In this document: positions 39,701 through 50,957 of the stretch, piece by piece
Position numbering within the stretch: position 1 is the first letter of the stretch
Layout: every line of letters begins with the position of its first letter
Origin: Eledone cirrhosa
Lineage: Eukaryota
Length of the DNA stretch: 64,000 nt
Assembly (NCBI GenBank): GCA_964016885.1
Contig: OZ024741.1
Coordinates: 62,434,001 to 62,498,000 of the forward strand
Direction: 5' to 3'
Position numbers and translations under genes: made by a program
Notes under the pieces: generated by a model
Seen by the model: the letters and a program-made list of their open reading frames with translations, nothing else
Database searches by the model: none
What the model was told of the DNA's origin: nothing

Positions 39701-40166
39701 CTAATCCCACACAGTCCCAGCGTGCATCTAAGATCCCGTTCCAGTCGCCCACTAACACTAAAGAGCGGGACGTTCCAAGAAAGGTCTCCAGACGCCGGAA
39801 GAAATCAGGCCGCCCTGCTCCTGTCGGGGCATAGACGGCCACTAGCCTGAAAGCTTGCCCGTCTCCGCTGGTCACGTCCAGCACCACCAGCTTACCCTCT
39901 GGGTCCAGGAAGATGGCCCGTATGGCGAGATCCAAACCTCTCCGAAAAAGCACAGCAACTCCTCCACCGGATCCAGGACGGCTGGGAGATGCGTACACAT
40001 CGTAGCCGCCGAAGATCGGTGCGAAGGCCCGTGCTTCGGAGATTCTGGTCTCGCTGATGGCCACTACATCTATGTTTAGTGACCTGAGGTCGTTGAGCAG
40101 GTGACCCTGCTTCCATGACGACCACAAGCCACGCGCATTTATGCTGCCTATTCTGAGTGAGGTCAT
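36745..40166 (-). pseudogene. Tx1-like ORF2 (APE-RT-CCHC) with one in-frame TAG (37863) and one frameshift (~37636)
   Basis: SINARGL, SET, VYAP, GDWN, YLDR, TDH; SPGVDGLP; FRPITLLN; LDQSKAFDRV; RQGCPLS; AYADD; CPRC..ETVLHALVQC. Confidence 0.93.
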
Positions 40167-40201
40167 GTTTAAAATAGAGTGGAAAAGATGGGAAAGACCA
40201 C

Positions 40202-42298
40202 TTACCGTACTTTTGGTAGAGGAGGGATGGTTTTTACATCCCTTTTCACTTGATCGTCTGGTGAAGGGACCGTTGAATCGTCCCTTCGGCTGGTCGTCGG
40301 CTCTTCTAAGAGAATGTCTGAGTATACTCTTCGATTGATGGTTCCTCCTAGGTCCCTGAAATCACCAACTGCGTTGGGGAATTTCGTTTTAATGTTTGTG
40401 TATTGTTTCTGTGCTATTTTTAGCAGTCTTATGTTAGTTGGCGTTTTGATTGGTGCTGGTATTATGTAGTCCTGTTGTGAAATGTCTGTGTGTTCAATTA
40501 TGTAAGCCATTAGTTTCTTGTTGTGTGTATTTATTGCCGTGCATTTGTTTTTCTGGGGGTGGGGTGTGGTTCTGCTATTTTCTTGTCGTTCTTGCTGGGT
40601 GTGTGTGTTTTGTTGTTGTGTTTGCGATGTTGGTGCTTGTGGTGGTGGTGTTGAAGGTGTTGTTGGCGGTGGGGTTGTCGCCGGTGGTGATGGTGGTGCT
40701 GGTGTGGGTGGTGATGGCGTTGGTGGTGTTGCTGCTGTGGGTCTCTTTGCAGTAGACTTTACCCTTTTCTCATTTCTTTCCTCCCTTTTCAAAGGCGACG
40801 ATGCGCTGCTTCTGCGTTTGTGCCTTCTTGCGACCTTTTGCCATCCCTCTCCCACCTCACACTCCATGTCTGATTCTGTGAGGTCGGGGAGGGGTACCAG
40901 CTCCACTCTTTCACTTGTTGTTGTTGGTGATGTTTGCACTGGAGTCTCTGTTGCAGCTGCATTTGGTATTGCTGTTGTTGTTGTTAATATTTCCACTGCT
41001 GCTGCTGTTTTTGATTTCCGTGGAGTGGGTATGGGTGCCACGGACCTATCGTTCCTGGTTGCCGCTTGTCCTGTTGCTGGTAGCCGTGGAGCCGGATTCG
41101 GAAGGAGGGGGGTTTTCTCCTTTCTCAGGGTCTTCTCGTTGCAGAAGGCCCTGAGGTGAGTCTTCGATCCACAGCGAAAGCATTTCGGGCGTTTGCCCTC
41201 AACACTTATGGGCAGTTGAGTGCCGTTATCGAAGTCTATCACATCCGGAATAGCTTCGATGCACTCCTGGTTGGTTTGGATTAGCATCTCAATGGAGGAG
41301 CCGACCCAATCTTCTCTTACTTTTTTCTGTACTTGCAGTACAGTTGTTTTGTCCTCGATTCCGACGAGGACAGACGCGGCCAGCCAAGAAGGGGTCATTC
41401 CGGGGGGGACGTGGGTCAGTTTGACCCTCACAATTTTTTGCCCGCAGTAGGAGGGCACCAACACCATTTCCTCGCTCCTTAGGGTCACTACTGATTGGGC
41501 CTTTGCCTCCTGGGGTGTGGCAAAAAGTACGTCTACGGTGGCATATTTTTTGCCTCGGGTGATGTGCGTTTTCCGCTGCCACACAGACCCCAAGGCTTTT
41601 TGTATTTGGGCCTCTGTGGCTCTTTCCACCCTACGGGATTTTGTACTTACTGTACGGTACGTGACCGTACATTGCTCTTGGGTTTCGAAAAATTTTTCCG
41701 CTGCCTTGCAGATTGCTCGGTGTCCGTTCTTTGTCACCATCTTCTTCGCTTCCTCTAATTCCTCATTTGTTATGAGGATTGTTTCCAAGTTTTTCGTAAT
41801 ACCTGCAAATGAGATTGGTTTTTCTCTGCTGTTGTTGTTGTCGTCAGAGCTGCTGGTACTTTTGTTGTTGCTGCAGGTACTACGACTACTGCCTCCGCCG
41901 CTGTTGCTGTGGTTGTTGTTGGTGTTGCTGCTGCTAATGCTGTTGTTGTTTATGCTGCTGGTGATGCTGTTGCGGCTGCTACTGTTGTTTTCATTGTCAC
42001 TGTTGCTGTTGTTATTACGGCTGCTACTGCTATTATTCCTGACGTCAGACGAATGAACTGGGTTTTCGTATTTCCCGCACACCTGTTTCGTCGCTGTCGT
42101 CGTCGTCGTGGAGAAACCTTGCACGCTTTGCACGAGACTTTTCTTTTCTTTCGTCACTTGCGAAAGAGAAGGGAGGGAGAGAGACACATTTAAAGAAGGG
42201 AGGGAGAGAGACAATCTTCTCTCTGCTGTAGTGATGATTGAGGAAGAAGAAGACGGAATGAGTGGGAGTGACATATGAAATTTCTTTTTCGTAGCCAT
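40202..42298 (-). CDS. LINE ORF1 gag-like protein with CCHC zinc knuckle
   Basis: 698-aa open ORF; CFRCGSKTHLRAFC; low-complexity N/S and P/T tracts; ends just upstream of ORF2. Confidence 0.88.
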   Translation of the reverse strand: MATKKKFHMSLPLIPSSSSSIITTAERRLSLSLPSLNVSLSLPSLSQVTKEKKSLVQSVQGFSTTTTTATKQVCGKYENPVHSSDVRNNSSSSRNNNSNSDNENNSSSRNSITSSINNNSISSSNTNNNHSNSGGGSSRSTCSNNKSTSSSDDNNNSREKPISFAGITKNLETILITNEELEEAKKMVTKNGHRAICKAAEKFFETQEQCTVTYRTVSTKSRRVERATEAQIQKALGSVWQRKTHITRGKKYATVDVLFATPQEAKAQSVVTLRSEEMVLVPSYCGQKIVRVKLTHVPPGMTPSWLAASVLVGIEDKTTVLQVQKKVREDWVGSSIEMLIQTNQECIEAIPDVIDFDNGTQLPISVEGKRPKCFRCGSKTHLRAFCNEKTLRKEKTPLLPNPAPRLPATGQAATRNDRSVAPIPTPRKSKTAAAVEILTTTTAIPNAAATETPVQTSPTTTSERVELVPLPDLTESDMECEVGEGWQKVARRHKRRSSASSPLKREERNEKRVKSTAKRPTAATPPTPSPPTPAPPSPPATTPPPTTPSTPPPQAPTSQTQQQNTHTQQERQENSRTTPHPQKNKCTAINTHNKKLMAYIIEHTDISQQDYIIPAPIKTPTNIRLLKIAQKQYTNIKTKFPNAVGDFRDLGGTINRRVYSDILLEEPTTSRRDDSTVPSPDDQVKRDVKTIPPLPKVR

Positions 42299-42513
42299 GT
42301 TGTTTTTTGTTTAAAATGAAATTTTGGGTACAAAACCCCAATAACTGGTTATTTAACCCCAAAGGGCCAAATAACGGACAGAAAGACCCCTCTCACGAGG
42401 AGGAGGGTGTCTTTATCAACAATTTGGTTCAAGTTTTAAACAATTTACAATTGTTTTAACGGTTAAAAATTACTATACCTGACAGAGCCGAGCCTCCGTC
42501 AACCATGGCATTC

Positions 42514-42572
<59 letters not shown>

Positions 42573-42576
<4 letters not shown>

Positions 42577-42712
42577 TGTTTCTACTTTAGGCACAAGGCC
42601 AGCAATTAATCAGTGCATTACTGGTACTTTATTTTATCGACCCCGTAAGGATGAAAGGCAAAGTCAACCTCGGCGGGATTTGAACTCAGATCGTAAAGGG
42701 ATGTAACTATGC
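42573..42712 (-). mobile_element. SINE S1, 5'-truncated
   Basis: Matches the S1 body and tail. Confidence 0.85.
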
Positions 42713-43152
42713 TTATCATATTTAAGATGAAAATCCCCAGAAGATCCGTGACTTGCGCTGAGTCCGATGATCCCATGGTAATGTCGAAGTTTCTATTTCT
42801 ATCTGAGCGGGTCCAATACTCATTGTTGAAATTAATTAGAGTTCTTCTAGCATTTAATATGATATCGATTTCATCCGTAGTTAGATCTGTATGCTTGTAC
42901 GTGTAGGATAAAGCCTTATTTAGTAGGTTAGGCGTAATGGAAGAGTAATAGCTTGTTATGTCCATCTGGATGAATTAATGGGTTTTCTTATCATCTATAT
43001 TTTTATACCAATCAATTCATTTGTATCCTTCCACAAGCTCAATTTAGACATCAATTTCAAAATAGGTAGAATTCTATCAATAATATTCTTAGTGATTACT
43101 CCAATATCCGATTTGGATGGAGCAATCAGTCTAACTGGCAGGTCTTCCTCAA
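42712..43152 (-). pseudogene. PLE RT internal fragment (third family of the same clade)
   Basis: [14 protein letters not shown]; MDITSYYSSI; FDITMGSSDSAQVTDLLG. Confidence 0.88.
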
Positions 43153-43184
43153 AGTATATATATATATATATGTATGTGTGTATT

Positions 43185-43262
<78 letters not shown>

Positions 43263-43303
43263 CGAAACATAAGTCAATTGCATGAACTCATAATCCTTTA
43301 TTT

Positions 43304-43359
43304 ACTGCTATATATATTTCGATGATACCCATTGAATGGCTATGACCTCATCAGGCAGT
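43304..43359 (-). ncRNA. Type I hammerhead ribozyme motif
   Basis: ACTGC-CTGATGA-GGTCATAGCCAT(TCA)ATGGGTATCATC-GAAA-TATATA-TA-GCAGT, followed by AAATAAA. Confidence 0.82.
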
Positions 43360-44237
43360 TAGTCAGTTCTTAGATATGCCAGTTCTGTGTTTATAGTGTT
43401 GATGGTATCAGAACCTTGGGACATATGAGCTTGTTAGGAATAATTTAATGTTGTCAGCAGGAATAGTCTTAATTCTCATTGGTCAGTTTGTCGATGGTAG
43501 TAGGGTTGATATTTGACCTCAAAGAGGCAGGTGGTTCTGTAAGGTTCAAACCGTCGGGCAAGATGACAATAGTTCCATATGACTGATTTTCACAAAAAGC
43601 ATTCCTGGTCAGATATATATTCAATTAAGGTTAATAGTATGAAATAGATACTACAGGTCATTCTTAAATTGAGGGATTTATGTGGAGTGGTGCTACTGAA
43701 AATTATGGTTAGAGTAGAAAATGTATAAATAAAAAGACTTATGTAGGTTGGCTTGCACGTACACTCACACCCAGCTCCACAGACACACACACACATCCAC
43801 ACATACAAATTGAGAAATTAATGTGGGGTGGTAATACTTAAAATATTGGTTAGAGTCAAATACTTAGATAGTTTAGAAAATTTAGAAATAAAAGGCTTAT
43901 GTTGGTTGACTTTTACATACACTCACACCTACCCCATCAGACACACACATCTACACACACAAATCCATACAGGTGTGTATATATATATATGTACGCACAA
44001 GTATATATATATATATAAAATATATATACATACATAAAATATACACATATATAAAATATATATATATATAAAATATATATATATATATATAAAATATATA
44101 CATATATAAATATATACACATATAAAATATACAAACATACATATATATAAAATACATATATATATAAAATACATACATATATATACATATTTACATAAAA
44201 TACACATATATACACATATAAAATATATATATATATA

Positions 44238-44276
<39 letters not shown>

Positions 44277-44443
44277 CAGGTTCAATAAAACGTGGTTTTG
44301 ATGACTCCTAACCAGTAGAGGATCCGGTGGACGATCCACCATAGGGACCACAAACTATGGGGGGTTGTTGTTGTCCAATGGTCACTGGTACGGGGTGTAG
44401 GGGACCTACAGGGGGGGGCGTTGTGGGAGGCCTTAACCGGGGT

Positions 44444-47102
44444 TTATCCATATAGCTTGAGGAAAGTTCCCGACCTTAGGTGTCTGCAGGCACCGAATAA
44501 GTCGGCCCTTCTGTTTAATAGCTTGGTTCCGCCATGAAGTATCTCTAGTGTCTCACTAAGACAGAGGTTGCAAATACCAGACCCGCCTCTGTCTGGGGGA
44601 ACCTTTCTAACCACGGACCAGACCAGAGAGTGTGGAGTCTTTTCAAGTTTGAGCTTCCAGATCAATTCAGAAAGGGCCGTACATTTCCTCTTATCTATTC
44701 TGTTAAAGGAATGGCGGTGGTTATACCACCGATCTTTGAATCTCGTCGCTGTGGATCCTATGAGGTGGTGCTCCGAGTTAGGGGTTGTGACCTTGCACCT
44801 GTAGACTACGTTTTTCGTCATGCATTCATTACTAAGGGGGCATAGTGATGGGTCTCTGCAATTACATGACTTCTTAAGCCCCGCCACATGTACCGCGTGG
44901 TTACCATCACTCGGAGTTGGCTGGCTAGCCTCCGCAATCAGCACAGGTTCGTTGGGTTCTGGTGTGCTAGTTTGGCCTGTCCGGGTTCCGGTGCGTCCCG
45001 CGTGCTGGTTCTGTTGGGTGGCTCCTGGGTTTACGGTGGTATTAAAGGCAGTGAGCCTATTCCTATTTATGCCAGCTATCTGCTGGGCTACGGAGCGTGT
45101 GGTTGAGTAGAAAAGTGTCACCGTGTGCTTGTTGAATATTTTATGGTATTTGTGGGCCCTAGGGAAACATTTATCCAGTACTCTAAAGAATGTTCTAGCC
45201 AGGCTGGTACGTAGACCCACCGAGTACGGAGGGTTATACCATGTGACCTTCCTGGTCCTATTCTTGCGGGGTTGTTGGGTGTCCGCCGTGGTCAATCGCG
45301 TGGTTGTGAACAGCTCAGGTCGAGCTCGGTTGGTGTCACTCAGGTGCGCGGAGCGGTCACTATCATGAGGGTTATATGGGACCACCGTGGGACTATAAAC
45401 CTGTGAGGTGCGGCCTCCCTGCTCAATTAGGGTTCGGCGGGTGGTGGGGCCGGTGCAGGGGTGCTTATGCTCCGCAGCACAGTGGTCTTCAGCGTTGTAG
45501 GTATTAGACCGGTGGGGTATGCGGGACCTTCTACCGGGGGTGGTGACGTATAGGGGTCTGGGAGTGTTACTACTGGTCTCCGAGGAATTAGGTGGACGAC
45601 TCATGCCCCTGAGGGTATTGGTCCGGGGTACCCTTGGGTCATCTCGATCATGTCCCTGAGGGTTGTAGCTGATCCTATGGCTGTGGGACGTCTTGGTTAG
45701 CGCTGAGTTATAGTAATCAGCGTTACTATTGAAGATCTCTTTATTGGCGGACAAGTTAGAGATCCTGTCAGAGACACTCTTAACTCCAGCCTTAACTATA
45801 GATCTAGGGTGATTGGACCCAGCGTTGATATACACCAGCTTCTCATTAGGTTAATGATATGGGTGGTGTAGCTTGGTGTTGAGGTTGAGGGTGGTGTCCA
45901 GGAAATTCCCTAATTTTCTATTGGGTTCCATCTCTACTTTAAGTCCTACCTTGCTAAAGAAGTGCCTAATTCTCCTCTTCATATTTTCGACCATTGTGGT
46001 GCTGTGGTCCACTACGGTGAAGAGTGCGTCGTCACGGTACAGCCCGCCACCCAAGTTGGGTATTTCTCTCCTGATCTCGTAGAGTATGTATATCCCAACC
46101 AGGTCCGTTAGCTGCGCGGAGTCACTGGAGCCCATTGTAATGTCAAAATTATTTGGCCAGTCGCTCCGGGTCCATATGTCCCCACCGAATCGGATTAGGG
46201 TCTTTCTGGCGGCGTGTGTGATTGGGACCTCGTCGCGTGTTAGGTCTATCCTATTCATCGCGAATATGAGTGCCTTGTTCAGGACTATGGGCGAGATAGA
46301 GGAGTAGTAATTGTTGATGTCTAGTTGTATGAAGCTAGTCCTATGTTTGTCAGGTAAAAATGTAAACCAGTCCAGCACCTGGCTGGTGCAGGACCAGAGT
46401 TGTAACCTTATTTTACTCTTAAGTGTGGGCAGGATCCTATCTAAAATGTTTTTGCTAATAACCCTATGTCTGACCGGGAGGGGGCTATCAGTCTGACCGG
46501 CAGGTTAGACTCGAAGTTTGGTGTGTGGTCCTTAATGGTAATCCACGGCTCCCTTGGTTGGTATGGGGCCGTCCTATCATCTATAACAAGACCAGATACG
46601 ATCTCATAAGCCTTGATGTTGATATCCTCCAGGGTAGCCTCGGGCGTTGTTTTGTAGCTTTTTCTCAATTCCCTGAGGATTAGCTGATGGTAAAGTTGAA
46701 CGTTCATGCTGTAAAGGTTGTTGGTTTTGTCGGCATGGACAAGTATTCCTGTAGATTCCTTAAGCTCGGTAATTCCATTTTCCAGTCGTTCAAGGTACTC
46801 GCGACCCCGGTATGGTTGGTCGGAAAATTTGATGTCGGAAATGATGCCAATCATTTCGTTCTCGAACTCTTCCAATAGTCTCTTGTGTGTGTGGGGGGAG
46901 GGGGGTGGGTTCTTCTTGATATGAAGAGGCACTCCATGGTTTTTTGGTTATTAATATTGGGGTTTCCTCTATCAAAGTGGTAAGCCCTCCACCTCATCCC
47001 TCGTATTAGGGAGTTAGTACTCTTAGTGAGATTCCTGGTGTATTCACTTTTACCCGGTAATGGTATATCCTTCAGTGATGCCAGAGTGGTGAGTTTATTC
47101 AT
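44444..47102 (-). pseudogene. Second PLE RT plus C-terminal GIY-YIG ORF, disrupted (probably Hydra clade)
   Basis: SLKDIPLP..RGMRWRA; ADKT; DINNYYSSI; GGGLYRDDA; WYNPPY; CNCRDPSLCPLSNEC; NVVY...LIG; CNLCL; CRH. Confidence 0.93.
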
Positions 47103-47174
47103 ATTGGCTGCGGTCCGCTACTGTATGAACCGCTCGACAGGGTGTGGAGCATGGGGATATATATATGATGGCGA

Positions 47175-47370
47175 TGAATTTGTTTTGCAAGGTTTTTGAT
47201 ATGAAATCGTGTGTCGAAACAAATATTGTTATACTTGGGGAGGATCATATTGTTGTAATAATATTGCCAGAAATAATTGTTTCTACTTTTGGCACAAGGC
47301 CAGCAATTATCAAAGTGTATTACTGGTACTTTATTTTATCGACCCCGTAAGGATGAAAGGCAAAGTTAAC
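47175..47370 (-). mobile_element. Family A 3' terminus fused to a SINE S1 fragment
   Basis: 47175-47270 ~ 1064-1170; 47273-47370 matches the S1 tail. Confidence 0.7.
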
Positions 47371-47749
47371 GTTAAGGGGGGTGGTGGCTTGGGTTGTTTT
47401 TGCATATATGAGTAAAGTTTGGTTGGTTGATGAAGTCACGTGAATAAGCACATCAGCTTTCGCGCCACTCTGCATTTGAATTTGTTTTTACTTTAAAAAA
47501 GGTGGCTCACGAAAGCTTTTTTTAAATAAATGTAATTTGATTGGTTATAAATGAAATTATGACTGTCACGTGAACAAGTACATTAAATTTCGCGCCCATA
47601 TTTTGGAATTTATTGTGTAGCCTTTTAGAGAATGTTGTGCCAAACAAAAGATAATAATCAAGATAAATGGGATGGGGAGAATTGTTCTGGTTTAGTGAAT
47701 ATGGCTGGTGCCATAAAACAAGTAACATTCAAAGACCAATCAGATGTTA

Positions 47750-47991
<242 letters not shown>

Positions 47992-47992
47992 T

Positions 47993-49556
47993 TAAAGTAA
48001 ATATTGATGCAATTCAATTCAAGCACTCAACGTACTTTTTCCACATAGGAACGACGGAGTATATATGAATAGGAAAAAGCGAAGTAGTTTCAGATGTTAA
48101 AGTCCTTTAATGATAATGCTGTGATACATATTTCAATGACGACAGTGGCCACATGCTTCGGTGTACCCAGTGCTGTAACATCATCAGACAGCTTCTTACA
48201 TAATAAGGTTATGTTTTCGAGGCAATCCAAATTGAATCGACAGGGGAACGGACAAAGCGTGTGTTCTTGAATCCTTCGCCCGTTCCCCTGTGAGTCCCAA
48301 TTCACCCCCACCGGTCTGCGCAGGCGCAAGTCCGAAGGAAGTTGACCATCACCTACCCCAAAGTTCTACGAAATCCGCCTAGGCAGGTCCTCCCCTCAAC
48401 CAAATAATCACCCCATCCAGGTCTGTAATATGACACGGTTATAGTTTACTGCTAGTCGCCCTGCCAGTGGGAGTTGGCCGAAGCCTAGTGTGGGTGGGAG
48501 AGTATGAGTTTCAATAGGTCTCAATACTACCCCTAAATTATGCTTGGACAATAGAATTGACCATCACCCGCTAAGAGAATATATACTTATTTCTAGGTAT
48601 TATGGTTTCACAGTGGAAATTATGATTGAAAATTAGAAATTTAAAAAAATCTTGATTGAAGTAAGTAAAAAAAAATATGTACATATAATAACTAATAAAT
48701 AGGGAGATGTTTAAATTATAGTAAGAAGTTTTGAAAGGGGGATCAATATTACAGATATATTATCCATATATTGAACGATAGTACCGTACAGTAGAACGGA
48801 GGGTAAATTACAGTATGAAACATAGTAATTAGGCAAATACATAGTTAATATTTCTATCACATGAATCAAAACAAAAAATACAAAATATAAAATACAAAAA
48901 AATACAAAAAATACATAGATGCAAAATGAGATAGGAGATATATATGAGAAACATATACGAGGAAGGTAAACTGTATGGAAATGAGGGTATAAGTGGTTAA
49001 AATGATTGTCAATTTTGTCCATGTAAAGTGCATATAAAAATTCGTTATCTGATGAAGTGAGGGGGCTTTCGTTCAAGGCCTCTATGCAAATGCAATTTGC
49101 TGCAGGAAAATAAGGGGTTTATAATTGTTTTTAGTTCCGCGTATTTATCCTGTCGAAAGTTAGTTTATAATTTTATGTCCGTCCAGTAGCAGGGATTTCC
49201 AGTGTGTGTAATCAATCCCCATGGTAGAGGGAATTTCCGGGTGTAGCTGATGGTTGGTTCCTCTCTTCTCCACTATATCGGTTACACCATAGACCGCTCA
49301 ACGCTTTGGAGCTAAAATGGAGTAAATATTGATGCAATTCAATTCAAGCACTCAACGTACTTTTTCCACATAGGAGCGACTGAGTATATATCGAATAAGA
49401 AAAAGCGAAGTAGTTTCAGATGTTAAACTCCTTTAATGATAATGCTGTGATACATATTTCAATGTACATATTTCGGTGTACCCAGTGCGGTGACATCATC
49501 AGACAGCTTGTTACATAATAAGGTTATGTTTCCGAGGCAATCCAAATTGAATCGAC
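47993..49556 (-). mobile_element. Family D element: ~240-bp HHR-bearing direct repeats around a ~1.1 kb non-coding interior
   Basis: 47993-48240 ~ 49320-49556; HHRs at 48118-48192 and 49444-49507 (the latter with an altered stem II). Confidence 0.82.
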
Positions 49557-49630
49557 ACATGCACACACACGCACACACGCACACACGCACACACACACAC
49601 GCACACACACACACACACACACTCACACAG

Positions 49631-49778
<148 letters not shown>

Positions 49779-49904
49779 GTATATATATATATGTATATAT
49801 TAAAATAACAGATTAAAGTTTAAGCAAAGAATCGCTGCTTTCACCCTTAACGGATCTTCTGAAACTAAACAATCTTTGGATTTTAGTCTTCACATTTATT
49901 ATTG

Positions 49905-50472
49905 GTGGCAGTATCGGTAGAGAGTCGGACGCCATGCTTTCCAGCATAGATACGTCCTTTTACGGTCTGAGTTCAAATCCCATCGAGGTTAACTTTGCCT
50001 TTCATCCTTACGGGGTCGATAAAATAAAGTACCAGTAATGTACTGGATAATTGCTGGCCTTGTGCCAAAAGTAGAAACAATTATTATTATTATTATAATG
50101 GACGGTGGATTGGCAGTATCGGTAGAGGGTCGGACGCCATGCTTTGACGCATAGAGTTACGGCCCTTGCCATTCTGAGTTCAAATCCCGCCGAGGTTAAC
50201 TTTGCCTTTCATCCTTACGGGGTCGATAAAATAAAGTACCAGTAATACACTGGGTAATTGCTAGCTTGTGCCAAAGGTAGAAACAATTATTATTATAATT
50301 GTTTCTACTTTTTGGCACAAGGCCAGCAATAACCCAGTGCATTACTGGTACTTTATTTTATCGACGCCGTAAGGATGAAAGGCAAAGTTAACCTCGGCGG
50401 GATTTGAACTCAGATCATAAAGGGACATAATTATGCTAGAAAGCATGGCGTCTGACCCTCTACCGATACTGA
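49905..50472. mobile_element. Cluster of three S1 SINEs (+,+,-)
   Basis: A-box-like TGGCAGTATCGG, B-box GAGTTCAAATCC, CTTTGCCTTTCATCCTTACGGGGTCGATAAAA core, (ATT)n tail. Confidence 0.9.
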
Positions 50473-50709
50473 TTATTATAATGGACGCACATGTGTGAAG
50501 ACGCACAAGTCTGAGGTGGAAAAGGTTCGTAACTTTAAGTTGTTTTAAAGTATCATTTTTTGTATTTTCTTGTCGATAACGAAGAATGAGGTACCCACCT
50601 TGGTTCCAAGAAGGGGAAACCTCTCAATATTCTGACTTTAAGCCCGAATATTCAGATTTATTTTTAGAAAATCAGAAGAAAAAAAAATCGTTTCTCCATA
50701 AAAAAAAAT

Positions 50710-50925
50710 ATGGAAAATTTCGACCTTAAGACAGTAAACAACGTACAGGTCAAAAGTTCAAAAACAGCTACTATAGATCTCACCATAACTACTACTACTA
50801 CAACAGACAAGTATGTAGCCTATCCCACTGAATACAAACACAAAACACAAAAGTTACCATCACAACCTTTTGTGATAGCAGTACCATCTCAAAATGACAT
50901 CACCATCTCCGCCGCCGCCGCCACC

Positions 50926-50957
<32 letters not shown>

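Larger units (their letters stand above)
36502..42513 (-). mobile_element. Full-length Tx1/L1-clade LINE inserted in (AAT)n
   Basis: 5'UTR-ORF1-ORF2-3'UTR with AATAAA near 36510; (AAT)n at 36446-36501 and 42514-42576. Confidence 0.92.

Noticed and set aside
47190-47240. HHR-like GAAACAAATATTGTT in the family A terminus
   Set aside because: A stem III-like hairpin exists, but the upstream core is incomplete in all three copies.
49905-50472. tRNA genes
   Set aside because: A/B-box-like heads run into a SINE body and (ATT)n tail; no full cloverleaf.
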